Shown piece after piece: positions 1 through 14,002 of a stretch of 64,000 nt of DNA. Below the pieces are notes generated by a model. It was not told the origin of the DNA. It made no database searches and was given only the letters and a program-made list of their open reading frames with translations. The position numbers were made by a program, and so were the translations under genes. Position 1 is the stretch's first letter. The number at the start of each line of letters is the position of its first letter. Source of the stretch: the human T2T-CHM13v2.0 reference genome, Homo sapiens; the NCBI RefSeq assembly GCF_009914755.1, contig NC_060930.1; one strand, written 5' to 3'.

Positions 1-488
1 CATTCTGCCAAGTTAATTAGTGTGTCTGGTTCCTGAGGGGATTTCAAAGCTGGGATGTATAAACACATATGTCCAATCTGCCATGATCAGCTGGAATTGT
101 CTACTTGCTTAACACTTATTTTCCCTGTTAGACTGAAGTGGCTTCCAGCCTCCGTTACCATTCCAGTGTTTAGCACTGCATTGAATAAATTGAAAAGGAC
201 AAACTGAATGAATGATGGAGCAAGGTCAGAAGAGTCGGTGGGTGTGGAGAGGATCACAGAATATCCTTGGATAGAAGGAGGGACACCATGTCTCCTGGGA
301 CTAAAAAATGATGAGAATGCATTCAGATACAGATTAGACAGTCAAGAAAGGAACACATAACACATGGGGGCAAAACATGGGGAATATGGGACTTCCCAAG
401 GCTTTTCTGGAGAGAAGTTTGCATGGACAGACTTGGGATCCTCTGCAGTTGTGTTCTTGAAGGCCCAAAGTGGCTGCTCCTATTTACA

Positions 489-773
489 TTTTTTTTTTTG
501 AGACAGGGTCTTGCTCTGTTGCCCAGGCTGGAATGCAGTGAACATGGCTCACTGCTGCCTCCTGGGCTCAAGCAATCCTCTTGCCTCAACCTCCTGAGTA
601 GGTGGGACCACAGGCACGCACCACCATGCCTGGCAAAATTCTAAAAAATTTATTGTAGAGATGGGGTCTCGCCATGTTGCCCAGGCTGGTCTCAAATTCC
701 TGGGCTCAAGCAATCCTCCATCCTCAGCCTCCAAAAGGGTTAGGATTACAGGTATGAGCCACTGCACCCGGCC
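489..773 (-). mobile_element. Alu (AluJ-like)
   Basis: poly-T followed by both Alu arms in antisense. Confidence 0.92.
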
Positions 774-789
774 CTGATTTACTTTTACC

Positions 790-947
790 TTTTTTTTTTA
801 GAGATGAGGTCTTGTGCTGTCACCCAGGCTGGAGTGCAGTGGCACGATCATGGCTCCTGCAGCCTTGAACTCCTGGGCATGAGCAATCCTCTTGCTTCAG
901 CCTCCTGAGTAGCTGGGATTATAGGCACAAGACACTGCATCCAACTA
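790..947 (-). mobile_element. Alu right-arm monomer (FRAM-like)
   Basis: poly-T plus a single right arm. Confidence 0.8.
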
Positions 948-1094
948 CTTTTCTTTGTCCTAAAATGAGTGTATTTTGTGGGCATGTCAAAAGACTTATT
1001 GAACTTTATAAACTAGTTTTCTTTTCTGAATTTGACTAGTTCTCAACTTCTTCCTAAAGCATTTGCTAGTAGAAGAGTTTAGAAAGACAAAGTG

Positions 1095-1320
1095 CAGGCA
1101 TTTTGAATCAGACAAAACTGGTTTCAAATAGTTTTTCCAACTACTGTGTGACCTGGGAAAATTTCTTACTCTTTCTGAGCCTCAGTTTTCTCTGCTGTGA
1201 AATGGGGACCATAATATTACTCACCCCATTACTCATCCCAAGATCAGTGTTTAACTAAATGAGTTAATATGTGTAAAGCTCTTAAATTGATGCCTGTTAT
1301 ACAACACCATGCTCAATTAA
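1095..1320 (+). mobile_element. MIR SINE
   Basis: core tgtgtgacctggg...ctctttctgagcctcagttttctctgctgtgaaatgggg. Confidence 0.75.
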
Positions 1321-1716
1321 AAACTTTATCTAATTTAACTCTCCAAACCAATACTCTGGATTGTCTTCTTTTGAAACCACATCTCAGTTTCAACTTCTGG
1401 CATCATCTTCTCTCCACCCCTTCAGCCTTCTTTCTTTTCACCTATGTGAATATCAAGGTAGATTTCTATGTGTGATTGAGTCAGGGATAGGTCAAAGATG
1501 GACTTTTTCATCTTTCTGCTGTTCTTTGGGCCTTAGCAGCTATGCTTTTAGCCATTGACAATTTTGAATCTGAAGCATTATGCCATTTTCAGCTATCTCT
1601 AGCTTTTTTTTTCAAGTGAAGTTAATTATAGTTTTATAAATTAAAGTCATAGGACTAATTTTCACAGTGTTACTTTTAAGTATCTGGAAAATAATAGTCA
1701 TTTCTTTATTTAACAG

Positions 1717-1849
1717 ACATACACAAAAGAATGGGCTGACATTCTAAACCACAAAAGTAAGCATGTGGAAGAAGCTGTCAGAGAACTTATATCAATATTT
1801 GAGCAGATTTATGAAGTGAAATACACTGGGAAAGTAGGAAAACAGTCAG
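1717..1849 (+). CDS. DNAH8: dynein heavy chain exon (tail), 133 nt, TYTKEWADILNHKSK...GKQS
   Basis: tttctttatttaacag| acceptor, cag|gtaact donor, open frame, phase 0 to 1. Confidence 0.9.
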
Positions 1850-1924
1850 GTAACTTTCCTCGTTACTGTGTTTGAATTACAAGATCTACAGATTCGTTCT
1901 TATGTAAGCACCTTCTGCTTAGCA

Positions 1925-2155
1925 GGTACTGAATTCCAGACCCTCCCTTCCCCAGAAGCAAAGAAGGTGTTCAGCATAAATCACATTGTTTGTACCAACA
2001 GTTTAAGCCCAGAGAGTTCTTTTTGTTAGTTCGGGAATGGTGGGAACCCCTCTCAAATCCAAGTTCCCAACCCCGGTCCAGCGTTGCAAGTTGGCCTTCC
2101 TATGGATAGCAGTCTCAGGCCTGCTATGCTAACTCTATTTTTTTTTTTTCTGGTG
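1925..2155 (-). mobile_element. LTR fragment (MER21-like)
   Basis: ggatagcagtctcaggcctgctatgctaactc resembles a MER21 terminus. Confidence 0.55.
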
Positions 2156-3291
2156 CAGCATTCTTATCAAGTCACTTTGACTATTTGATTTATTTTACTT
2201 TTTTTTTTTTTGAGAAACATAAACCAGGAAAAGGTAAATTCTATAATTTTCTTGAATCTGGAAAACTTAATCTGGGTGAAACCATGTTTTAAGACTTTTT
2301 TTTTTTCTTTTCCTAGATCCTTCTCTGTGTAGAGTAAGCTATGAATTCCTACTTACAACTATCTTTGGGGTTTGGGTACAGATAAATGGTACCCAGTTGA
2401 AGAGTGCACTCTCAAGGAAGAAAACATGATATGGAAGCATGTATTCTCCACCATCCATTCCCCCTCCCATGATTAAAGGATGCCCTAAAAGGCTCCTAAC
2501 TTTTGATTCTGCCCACACCCTCATAACCTTCATTCAGTTGGCTTGACTGGGACTAAGAGAAACTTCCTTACTTCATCACATCTGTTCAGGCAAATTTGTA
2601 TGACAAGGTGCCTGCATTATTTAAAGTGGATGAAATAATTTTTACCCTATTGAATTTCCTGTTATCTCAATAGGTTCTAATAGTTTCAGTTTTATTAATA
2701 AGCCCGAGAGAGAAGCTGTTGAATTTGAATCCCCTTTATCAGGGGCAGGGAATTTTAAGAAAAGATTCCCTAGTAGGGGAGTGTTTTGCTTCCTAGATTA
2801 TGGTTTAAGAACACGGGACTTTTAGCTTTGCTCAGATTATTGTCCTGTCCTAGATATAACAAATCTTTGGATAAATTGGAAGAGAAAGACATATTTCATT
2901 TTAAAGTTTTGTTTTCAAGCTCTAAATAAGAACTGATTAGGTAAAACTTTGTAGTTGGAGGTTTTACTTGTTAGTATTGTAAGGGGATGTGCCTGTCAGT
3001 CACGATCCCTGTTTACTACGCACCTGCTCTTCTCCCCAGCTGCTGCTCAGGGAAGTAGTGTGAGGCTGGCTTCGAGCAAGGCTAGCCATTGACTGCACCA
3101 GTAGTAGGTCACTGACACAGAGTGTGCCACCCAGACTCTCCAAGGAGACCTGAGAGATGGCACTGCCTTACAGGGATGAAGTTAATTAGCTAATTACCAA
3201 CATATTTGAAGTAGGGAATCTGTGGGAAGCTGGCTTTTTGGAGTGAGAGAACATTCCAGTCAAGCAGAGATCCCATGAAAGTGACATAGCA

Positions 3292-3293
<2 letters not shown>

Positions 3294-3330
<37 letters not shown>
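3294..3330. repeat. (GA)n microsatellite
   Basis: direct reading. Confidence 0.95.
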
Positions 3331-3332
<2 letters not shown>

Positions 3333-3346
3333 AACTGTGCCTGGAA

Positions 3347-3597
3347 CAGTGGTTCTTAATGGGACTGGAAGGGATTTTGCCCCCAAGGGAATATTTGGCA
3401 AGGTCTGGAGACATTTCAGTTGTCACACAGTGTGTGTGTGTGTTGGGGGTGGGCGGGGGGGAGGGGGTGGGTGTTGCTACTGGCTTCTGGTGGATAAGGG
3501 CCAGGGATGCTGTTAAACATCCTACAGGACAGCCCCCAGCAACAAAGAATTGACCCACCCAAGATGTCAGTAGTGCTGAGGATGAGAAAGCCTCAGC
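3347..3597. mobile_element. MER20 hAT-Charlie DNA transposon
   Basis: cagtggttct..., gattttgccccc, ggccagggatgctgttaaacatcctaca, gtcagtagtgctgagg. Confidence 0.85.
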
Positions 3598-4015
3598 CTA
3601 GAATGAGTATGCACATCACATCTTTCCTCTTAGAGTTTTTCCACTTAGTTTAATTAGTTTCATCACAAGCGTCAAAAACACAAAAATATTATTTCAGTCA
3701 AGTTGGAAAACTCAAAAGATAGACAGATAATTTACAAAGATAATAGGTAAAACTCTCTTAAAACTTTTCTGAATTCTAGATTGTATATTTACAGAGTGTA
3801 TTTCTTAGTAGAATGACAATTCTATTGAGGTGGATAATTTAAATTGAATTCAAGGATGACTCCTAGAGGAACAAATGCGAAAAGCATTTTTCAAAAAACA
3901 GTTTTAAAAGTAAGAGCTTTTTAAAAAGGAACTTCCTAAGAGGATTTGGCCATGTAGAATACAGACAATGCTAAAAAGTCAAATGTTATATTTTTGTTTT
4001 GTCTTTTGTCTATAG

Positions 4016-4131
4016 AACAGCGGAAACACGTTGTTTTTGGAAGTGAAACAGGAGAGGGTGAAAACAATGACTATGAAGCTAATATTGTGAATGAGTTTGA
4101 TACTCATGATAAAGAAGATGAATTTAAAAAG
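4016..4131 (+). CDS. DNAH8: exon, 116 nt, (E)QRKHVVFGSE...DEFKK
   Basis: ttttgtctatag| acceptor, aag|gtattt donor, phase 1 to 0. Confidence 0.9.
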
Positions 4132-5206
4132 GTATTTATTGTGGAACAACTTCATGCAATTCACAGAATTATGGTTTATAGGATTATAGATAACCCCATA
4201 TGGTGCTTTTTCCAGGCAGTTCTGCAACCAATCTAATTTCTAACAAAATACAGAAAGTATAATTTTCAATTTTATACTGTAGGATCAGGCAGTCCTTTAA
4301 GTTTTCCCCAGTATCACAGCTTTTGATGTGATTCTGTCAATTACAGTTTATGTAGTCACCTCTCCTCATTGTGATTGACCATGTTTTCTCATATAGTAAA
4401 TGTGACGTCAGGGATTGGAGCAGCTGATCCGTTTGACTCAGAATGGAGAACTTTGTTCTCAGTTGTTGTGTTTAATGGTTATCTGTATTGCAAGTCCAGA
4501 TTGTGGTTCACTTGGGGCTCAGGGATCTGCATTTTAAACTAGCATTATGGATGACCACTCTGGACTCTCCCCCAGGAGAAGCCCTAGATAGGCAGATTTT
4601 CACATTGAGTTGAAATGTGTTGAGAATGAAGGTTCAGAAGGGGGACTGGGGTTTCTTTTTCCTTCTTAGTCCTCACCCTTCTGGTCATGCATGAGCTCTG
4701 AATGTCACTGTCACATTTGCACTCATTCCTGCTTTCTCCTCCCCGGGTCAGTTTTCTTTTAATCCTTCATACCCACCTTCTTTTCATTCTTTTTCTATTT
4801 TACCCACTTTTACACAATCTGATGCAGTTTTAGAAATAAACAGCACCCATTTATTCCACTTTCACCTTCTTGCTCAAGGATGATATTGCCAGATAATTGG
4901 GAAACACTTTTCTGCAGCATCTAGATTTCTGCAGAGTTTAGGCTTCTCAGTACCATGCACCAGGCAGCTGTTAGCAACCAGCAGGTGTCAGCTGGAGCAC
5001 TCCCCTCTCAGAAGTGCCTGTCTTTCAGTTGCATTACCTTTTGACACTGGCTGAAGTCCTTAGAGCATGACTGAGTACCCTCAGAACCTCTCCAGTTGGG
5101 GGATCACTGGAGCTGTGCTAGTGGTCACCTCATAAATAGCCTCTGCCTCGCAAATTCATCTCTCACATTGCTGCCAGAACGGTCTAACATAAAAATCTGA
5201 TTATGT

Positions 5207-5338
5207 TCAGGAGGATGAGGCAGGAGAATGGCGTGAACCCGGGAGGCAGAGCTTGCAGTGAGCCGAGATCGCGCCACTGCACTCCAGCCTGGGCGACAGA
5301 GCAAGACTCTGTCTCAAAAAAAAAATAATAATAATAAT
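5207..5338 (+). mobile_element. 5'-truncated AluY with 16-bp TSD
   Basis: AluY-type ggcgtgaacccgggagg..gagcttgcagtg; TSD aaaaatctgattatgt at 5191-5206 and 5339-5354. Confidence 0.9.
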
Positions 5339-6144
5339 AAAAATCTGATTATGTCACATCTGTGCTTTAGCTTGATAGTTCACTAGCCCTGACTGTACCC
5401 CACTGCCACATGGAAAATCTTGATATTCCTCTTTGTTCATGCCTTATTACTCTCTCTTCTGCCTCACCAACCCAGTCTCAGAGGGGCCGGGTTCTAGAGC
5501 AGTGAGGAACAGTATGGCCAGAGCCTTGCCCCGATGTATGACTCATTGTGTAAGCAAGACATGGGCCCACATCTCTGCCTACCAGGCTCAAAACCTGTCC
5601 TGTGCTCTGATCAATAAACTTGGCTACTTCTCCCAAGGGAAGGAAGGGTGTGGAGAGAGGGTCAAACCGCTGTCCCAGAGGGTGGAATTTTCATCTCATA
5701 TATTTGAGTATTGCACATTTTAAAATACATTTATCCACCAAGCTGAGCTTCTTGAGGATGGAGACTAGTTATCTTCTTGTGCCCATGCCGTTAATCATTG
5801 AGAAATGTACCACATTTAAAGTGCTTCAATTTTGTTAGGTGAAAATTGAGTATTGAGCAAGCCAGGATTACTCTGAACATACTGTTTGTGAATTTTGGTT
5901 TTTGAATAAGTCCCTCTGGTTTGCTAGGGTGTTTATGCAAACACATTTTTCATGTATTCTTATTTGTCTAAAAAAAACAGACAAGTAATTTAGGACTGAA
6001 TTTATTTCTACAATATCATTGAAATTGTATAGTTTATTATTTGTTGCCTTTCACATGCCACATCTAATATTCTGTCATTGTTTTGGGGATGCTCTAGGTT
6101 TTTTGGAGGAGAGATACCAAATTTAATCTGATTTCTTATTACAG

Positions 6145-6251
6145 GAGTGTAAAGAGGTCTTTGCTTTTTTCTCTCATCAATTACTAGACAGTCTTCAAAA
6201 AGCTACACGGTTATCTCTGGACACAATGAAAAGAAGAATATTTGTTGCAAG
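6145..6251 (+). CDS. DNAH8: exon, 107 nt, ECKEVFAFFSHQLL...RRIFVA(S); GC donor
   Basis: cttattacag| acceptor; aag|gcaagt donor gives the phase 2 needed by the next exon. Confidence 0.88.
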
Positions 6252-6379
6252 GCAAGTTGAAAATATGCTAATTATGTCTGGTAATCATACTTATAATGTG
6301 AATAGCACCTCTTATAAATTTATTAATTAAAAAAACTATAAAATTTAAAATATAGCATTCATTAAAAGACTGTATGAAA

Positions 6380-7023
6380 GTATTTGTGTAATACTGCAAG
6401 AACTGTAGTTAAATGAACACCCATATTCCCAACACCCTGCCTGAGACAAAAAAAGGCTACCAGTCCCCTCATGGGTCCTCTCCCTTCTCACCTAAAAGTA
6501 ACCACTATCCTGAACTTGGTGTTTATCATTGTCTTGGTTTTCTTCACAGTTTACTATGCTTTTGTATCCCCAATCCACGTATCATTTAATTTTGCCTGTA
6601 TTTGAACTGTGCTTGGTATAATGTTTTTGAGATTCATCCATGGGGTATAGTTTTTTACACTTCTATGTAGTTGGAGTATACGTAGTCTGTTTATCCATTC
6701 TACTGGTGATGGTGATTTGGGTTGCTTCAGTTTTTGCTATCATGAATAAAGCTTCTGTGAGTACCTGCCACCTGTTGCACCTGCTAGGAGTGGGTTTGGT
6801 GGGTCCTAAGGTATGTGCATGCCTCATTTTACCAGGCAGCACATAGTGAGAGTACCCATGGCCCCTCATCCCTACAGACAGTATTATTCGGTTAAAAAAT
6901 TCTTGCCAACATACAGGGTGTGAAATGGCATCTCATCAGGATTTTGGTTTGCATTTTCCTGGTTACTGATGAGATTAAATATACTTTCTTGTGTTTATGG
7001 GCCATTTGTTGTTTCTCTTCCTT
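6380..7023 (-). mobile_element. old L1M fragment; continues in pieces ~7660-11250
   Basis: gtgtgaaatggcatctcat...ttgcattttcctggttactgatga, typical antisense L1 ORF2/3' sequence. Confidence 0.6.
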
Positions 7024-7038
7024 AAAAGTTGTGTTCCT

Positions 7039-7645
7039 AGTTCAACCACTGTGGAAGACAGTGTGGCGATTCCTCAAGGATCTAGAACCAGAAATACTAT
7101 TTGACCCAGCAATCCCATTACTGGGTATATACCCAAATAATTATAAATCATTCTCCAATAAAGACATATGCACACGTATGTTTACTGTGGCAATGTTCAC
7201 AATAGCAAAGGCTTAGAAGCAACCCAAATGCCCATCAGTGATAGACAGGATAAAGAAAATGTGGCACATATATACCGTGGAATACTATGCAGCCATAAAG
7301 AAGAATGAGTTCATGTCCTTTGCAGGGAAATGGATGAAGCTGGAAACCATCATTCTCAGCAAACTAACACAAGAGCAGAAAACCAAACACCGCATGTTCT
7401 CACTCATAAATGGGAGTTAAATAATGAGAACACATGGACACAGGGAGGGGAACATCACACACCAGGGCCTGTCAGGGGGTGTGGGGATAGGGGAGGGATA
7501 GCATTAGAAGAAATACCTAATGTAGATGACGGGTTGATGGGTGCAGTAAACCACCATAGCATGTGTATACCTATGTAACAAACCTGCATGTTCTGCACAT
7601 GTACCCCAGAACTTAAAGTACGATTAAAAAAAAAAAGAAAAAAAA
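7039..7645 (+). mobile_element. L1PA 3' fragment (ORF2 C-terminus, 3'UTR, poly-A) with TSD
   Basis: ORF track shows QPLWKTVWRFLKDLE and WMKLETIILSKL; ttgtgttcct duplicated at both ends. Confidence 0.93.
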
Positions 7646-8780
7646 TTGTGTTCCTTTTTTGGCCTGTTTTTCTATCGAATTGGATTAATTCATAAGTATT
7701 CTTAGTATATTACATTATTGATGATAATATAACAAATGTCTTTTGTCAGTTTTGCCTTATCTTTTCATTTTCTTTATTAATTTTCATTTTCCATTGCTGA
7801 GTTTTAAAAATATTCAAATTTATCAGTTTTAGTGATTTGTGATCTGTTTAAAGAAACCAACTCTTCCCTACTTCATAATGTCTTCCAAAACTTTTGTAGT
7901 TTTGACCTTTATATTTAGGGTTTTAATTTACATGGTATTGATTTTTATGCTTAGTGTGAGGTAGCAAATTAATATATTTTTTTCCATATGGTTAATTAGT
8001 TGACCAAGCAAAAGTTGTTGAAAAATCAACTTACTTGTGAGGTCAGGTGGGGGAGTTATTTAAGTTGCATTGTATCTATAGATCAATTTGAAGAGAATTA
8101 GCATCCTTACAAATATTGAGTCTTCTATTCAGAATTATGTATTACCTCTTCATTGATATGTCTTCTTTAATATCTCTCTGTGACGTTTTATAAATCTCTG
8201 TGTAAAGGTCCTGCACATTTTTGTTAGATTTATTCCTTGGCTATTCATTGCTGATTTTTAATTTAATTGTACTGTTCAATTCTCCCAGTGTGATTGTGGA
8301 TTTATTAAACTTTCCTTTTGTTTCGGTCAGTTCTTGTTTTATGTATTCTATGGCTGTGTTGTTAGGTGCATACAAGGTCGTAGTAGCTAAACCTGCTTAA
8401 GAGCACTTTTCCTTTTATTTTTATTTGGCAAATCCCTTTATCTGTATTAATTCTGATTCCTCACAATTTAGTTTGTCATTACTTTACCAACCTTTTTTGT
8501 GTAATTGTTTCAGTCTCTTTACTTAAGCCTTTCTCTGTACTTTTTAGTTTTACCTCTTAAAAATATTTTATACCTGATAATTTTCCTTCAGTCTCATTAT
8601 TTCTGTCTTAGTGAGTTCAATTTGTTTGCATTTATTGTGATTTTTGATATAGTTGCACTTAATTTATGACATTTTATTTTGTGTTTTCTTCTCAACATTC
8701 TTTTTCTTTGATTCATTTCATTATGACTGTTGTCTTTGCGGTGGATAATTTTCACCATTTATTCTCTTTTCTGTACTTCA

Positions 8781-9174
<394 letters not shown>

Positions 9175-9776
9175 CTAGTCTTATTTCTGACTACAAGGGC
9201 CTTGGCAGGCTTTACTCACTGAACTGTACATATTTTATTCCTGTTTGATGTTTTAGTTTTACTTTTTTGTAAACACTCAAAAATAATATATTAAAATAAT
9301 TTATTTACTGGCATAATTTATTAAAATCTCCAGGTTCTCATGTAGTTTTTTGTATCCCATTGGTTCTTTAGTGAGGATCTGTGAGAGGTAGACTCTTTTA
9401 TCCTTTTTTGTAAGTCTGAAAATGTTTTGCCCTCATACTTTCATAACATTTTGGCTGGATATAAAATTTTTCTTTGTCTTTTAGTACTTGGAAAGTATTT
9501 CTTCATTTTTTTCTGAGTTTTGTTGCTGCTGATGAGAAGTCTGCAAGAGTCTAACTGAATATTCTCTTTTAATCCTTAATGTTTCTGCAGTTTTCTTTAC
9601 CCCGTGTGGATTTGTCTTTATTTAATCCTGCTTTGTTCTCAGAGTGCACTTTCTATTTGAGGGTTTATAGCTTTCCTTAATGCTAGAAAAAACCTCAGCA
9701 ATTTTCCCTTTAGTTATTGCTTCTAGGATATTCTTTCATTGTCTTCTTCTGGAACTCCTATTAATTGAATGTTGGG

Positions 9777-9905
9777 TAGAATGACCACATAACTTATTGT
9801 TCCAACTATGGAACTTTTGTGAGTGAAGGAGCACTGTCCAGATGAGGTGCCAGGACACAGTGAATCTGGAACTGTCCTGGGCACACTGGACATGTGGTTA
9901 TTTCA
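9777..9905. mobile_element. MER94-like hAT-Blackjack element
   Basis: reverse-complement similarity to the element at 49699. Confidence 0.55.
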
Positions 9906-11379
9906 TATGTTGGGGCTTCTCATTCTCTTCTCGTTGTCTCCTAATGACTCTGTCATCTATGTTATCTTTTTGCCTTTCTGAACTACATTATGGGCAGTAT
10001 CTCTGTATCTATTCTAAAGATTTTGTCATCTGTGGCATCTTAAATATTTCAAGAAAAAATACTTTTTCCTTATCCTCCAGATATGGTATTATTTCTGCCT
10101 TTTTAGTTTAGCAAATTTTTTATTTTTTTGGAAGAGTCTTCATATATCACTGAACATTTTCCCTTACTTTAGAGCTTGTTATCTGGACATTAATTTTTAT
10201 CTAGAGTGAGTTTCTGTTTCGTTTTTGGATTTCGTTAGCTCTCTTTCTTACCCTTAGACATATTCACGCATACTTGGGTTTTAATGTGCAGGCTCTCTTT
10301 GAGCGAGAGCTTTGTTTTTGTGTTTCTTTTTCCTTCTCTCTCTCCCTATCTATGAGTTTCACTTTTGCCTCTAAATGACACTTGGAACCCTGAGTACAGA
10401 ACCAGGTCTTATTTCTTCACAGTTACTGGCCCCTGGAGAGATACTGGGGGTATGGCAGGTTTGGCTAGGGAGCACACGGGTAGCCTAACTTAGTTACTTA
10501 TCAGGGAATTTGTGGATGTGCTTCTTTTGCCCCAGGTCTGCATCTCCTGGAAAAGCCATAGCTGCAGGAAGTAAGTTGACGCATTTTGTCTTGCAGCATC
10601 ATCTGCAAGACAGATGGGAGAGCATCATCTTAGTTTTTGGCCTTAAGTAGTGAGGCTGGCCGAGGCCCCATCCCTCATTGAGTCCTGTCCATCCTCTATA
10701 TTCCACCAGAGCCAACCTCCCCACGGTCACTGCCTCTTTCCAGCCCGGAACCCTGGCTAGGCTGTCCTTGAGTTTCTCTCCATTTCTACTTCATGGAGAT
10801 GCTTACCTTGTATTTGAGCATTCTCATGTCCTTTATCTCCCATCCATGATTGTGATGAGTTTGGCAAAAAGAAGCTTTTTTGAAGTATGAACTCACTATG
10901 CTACATTGATTTACAAGTTCTGCGGCAATTTAGCAATTTTTGAGGAGGCATACATGAGGATAGTACTAAAAACCCTTACTTGTCTAAAATGTCTTTCTCT
11001 TATGCCCACACACGAACGCTAGCTTGGTCTTCTGGGATCAGAATCCCTTTCTGTCACGCTCTACAGAGGCTGCTCCATTGGCTTCTTTGGTTTCAGTTTT
11101 TAGAGGAGAGTTCTGCTGCGAATCCGATTTTCCTTTCCAACTAACAACTTGTATTTATTTTGATGCTGACAGGATTTCTCTTTTATTCTTGAAATTCACA
11201 AATTGTATGTTTAGATGCAGGTGGATTTCCCCCCATTAATCCTGTCAGGCACCTAGAGAATCTCTTGAAGATGAAAAAAAAAAGCCTATTCTTAAGGTTA
11301 AAGGAGTGCTTTGCTTTAATTTCCCATATCTACACAGTATTCACGTGCCGTATCTAGGTAGTAAGCATCTCTGAGCGGA

Positions 11380-11548
11380 GTGACTCTCTGGAAATTACTT
11401 AGCCTCTCCCTACCTTGGTTTCCTTATCTACAATATGGAAAGAATAATAATCGTAGGGTCTGCCTCACAGAATTAATGTGAACATGAACTGGTAATCTAT
11501 GGAAAGTGGCTGGCATACATTAAAACATTCAATAAATGTTACTTATTC
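11380..11548 (+). mobile_element. MIR
   Basis: ttacttagcctctc...gtttccttatctacaatatgg...caataaatgttac. Confidence 0.7.
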
Positions 11549-12588
11549 TTACCTTTTCTCTAAGTATTTTCTCTCTCTTTGTATTTTGCACCTGAAATTT
11601 TGGAGAATACCTTCAGCTGATTCTCTAATTTGCTATATAAGGTACCAAATGATCTAGTGCACTGTTCACTGCCTTTATTATTCAACTGTTCCTTTATACT
11701 TTATGAAAACTCTTTCTTATTCTCAAATTACACACTTTGAATCAATGCCCACACTAATTTTATTGCAACATCTTGAATTTCACTGGGACACTATGAATTG
11801 AGGGGTTTTGTTTGCTTGCTTTCTTTTTGTTCAGTCCTTTCCAATAATACGTTTATCTGGGAACCATTGGCCCTGAGTGCTAAAAGTTGGGTCTTCACTT
11901 TTGAACTGTGGCCTCTATGTTTCTTGTGATCCCCTCCCACCCCCCATCTGCTTGTATTTAGAAATGGAGGTGTAAGTTTTCAGTAATGACGGTATTTCTT
12001 GCACTCCCAGAGAAAAAGAGAATGGACAGTTTACATTTATTATAATTTTGCCTGGGATAGGGGTGGAGGTTAAGACAGAGGGAGCTATGCTAGCCAGACT
12101 AATTTGCAGCTCTGCATGTGTCCTTCATAACTGGACTCAGGCGTCTGTGCTGCTGTCTGTGCATGAGTGATATTGTTTAACAACGCGGTTTTTGGAAAGC
12201 ATGGACCAGAAACTTCCTGTTTAATCTTGTGAAAATATAGATAAAGAAGCATATAAAAGTATATGCTGGTGATCTCATCTTGTATCTGTTGCAGGGCTGG
12301 GAACAAAGAATGCCTTTAGTAAACATTGTTAAAGGTTATTACTGAGAAAGAACAACATTAAAATAGTAGAAAATGTATATGAGATTACTATTTTACTTCT
12401 AAGACTATTGGGTCATTGTATTTTCTTAGTTCTCTGCAATTTAGGGTTCTGTTATAAGTAATATTCTCTTTGTGTAATTTGGCCTTTTAAAAATGATCTT
12501 TATTGTTCGGACTGAATTTTGTAGCATAATAAACTAACAATGAAATTTTAGGGTAAGGTTCATCAGCTAAATGTCCATCTCATTGCAG

Positions 12589-12664
12589 CCTTTATGGGCG
12601 AAAGCAGTCAGAAGATATTATTTCCTTTATAAAAAGTGAAGTACATCTTGCAATTCCTAATGTG
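12589..12664 (+). CDS. DNAH8: exon, 76 nt, LYGRKQSEDIISFIKSEVHLAIPNV
   Basis: cattgcag| acceptor, gtg|gtaagt donor, phase 2 to 0. Confidence 0.88.
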
Positions 12665-12769
12665 GTAAGTATTATTAAATACACTGATAATTTGATAAGG
12701 TGCTTAAGAAGTATAGTACTAGAACTGAGCTTTCATTTAGGTAACATTTTGGTCCTATGTCTTTTTTCA

Positions 12770-13142
<373 letters not shown>

Positions 13143-14002
13143 TCATGATGTATTGAAGGACTCGTGAAAGAATTGAGTTAGGCATCTGTTCTGCCAGCAG
13201 TTAGCAAGCACCCTACAAATTGCCTTGCTTTTTCTTACTTCAGACATTAAATTATCTAAATAAAATCATCACAGTTGTCCAGATCCCTACCTCAAACACA
13301 TGACTGTGAGGCAACGCACTAAGGTAAGGATGGCAGAAGAGAAAGACAAAAAGAGCCTGTGCCCTGAGCATCTGAATCACCCGTGTCTTCCCATGGCACT
13401 TATCTTTACAACTACCCCAGCTGCTGATGGGCATCTGGAACTCCAAGCCACATGGGATGGCTGAGCTGCATTCTGCGATGGGTCAAAGGATAAGGCCAGG
13501 CAGAAACGGTCCGTGACTCACCTAAAACCACCTTTACATGGTCTGACCTCCTGAAGGATACCTTCTTAGCTTATTTGGCACATTTCAAAGAACTGAGGTC
13601 AGAATCTTGGTGGTGTAGCTTCTTCAGTTACTTTGTTTCATAGATCTCTAACACATAGTCTGTAATTTCCCACTGCATTCTGCCACCCTCATGGGGAAAA
13701 GGATGACAAGTACTAGTTTGACCTTTTTAACAAAATCAAAATGTCATTTCTATCTGTTATTAAAAAGTTACGTCCGCATTAGCTCGTGGTGTAATGAGGC
13801 TTGCAGGAATCGATAGCGGGAAAACTTCAGGATAGAGAAAATCTGCATCCTCCCCATCTTCCTCTATCATTCTCCCCCTCAAATCAGCCTTGCACTGGGC
13901 CAGCCGAGGCTTGCCCCACTCAGTGGGGAATGGAGATGGTGAAAATTGAGGGATGGACTGTATGTGCCGGCAGTATTACACATTTGTTTCTTCTTTCCAC
14001 AG

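Noticed and set aside
323-767. Alu-overlapping ORFs (also 8778-9153, 12767-13115, 20054-20458, 34780-35318, 36939, 37948, 39766, 61882)
   Set aside because: Translations are typical Alu-derived peptides ([18 protein letters not shown]); not genes
3445-3472. G-quadruplex-capable G-run (also ~50936-50956)
   Set aside because: Lies in an expanded tract within MER20; no evidence of function
4011-4020. Alternative acceptor tag-aacag; also CAG-GAG tandem acceptor at 6142-6147
   Set aside because: The first would frameshift; GAG acceptors are rarely used; no evidence from sequence alone
6920-7578. ORFs resembling L1 ORF2 C-terminus (also 14892-15197)
   Set aside because: Fragments of truncated, disrupted L1 copies; non-autonomous
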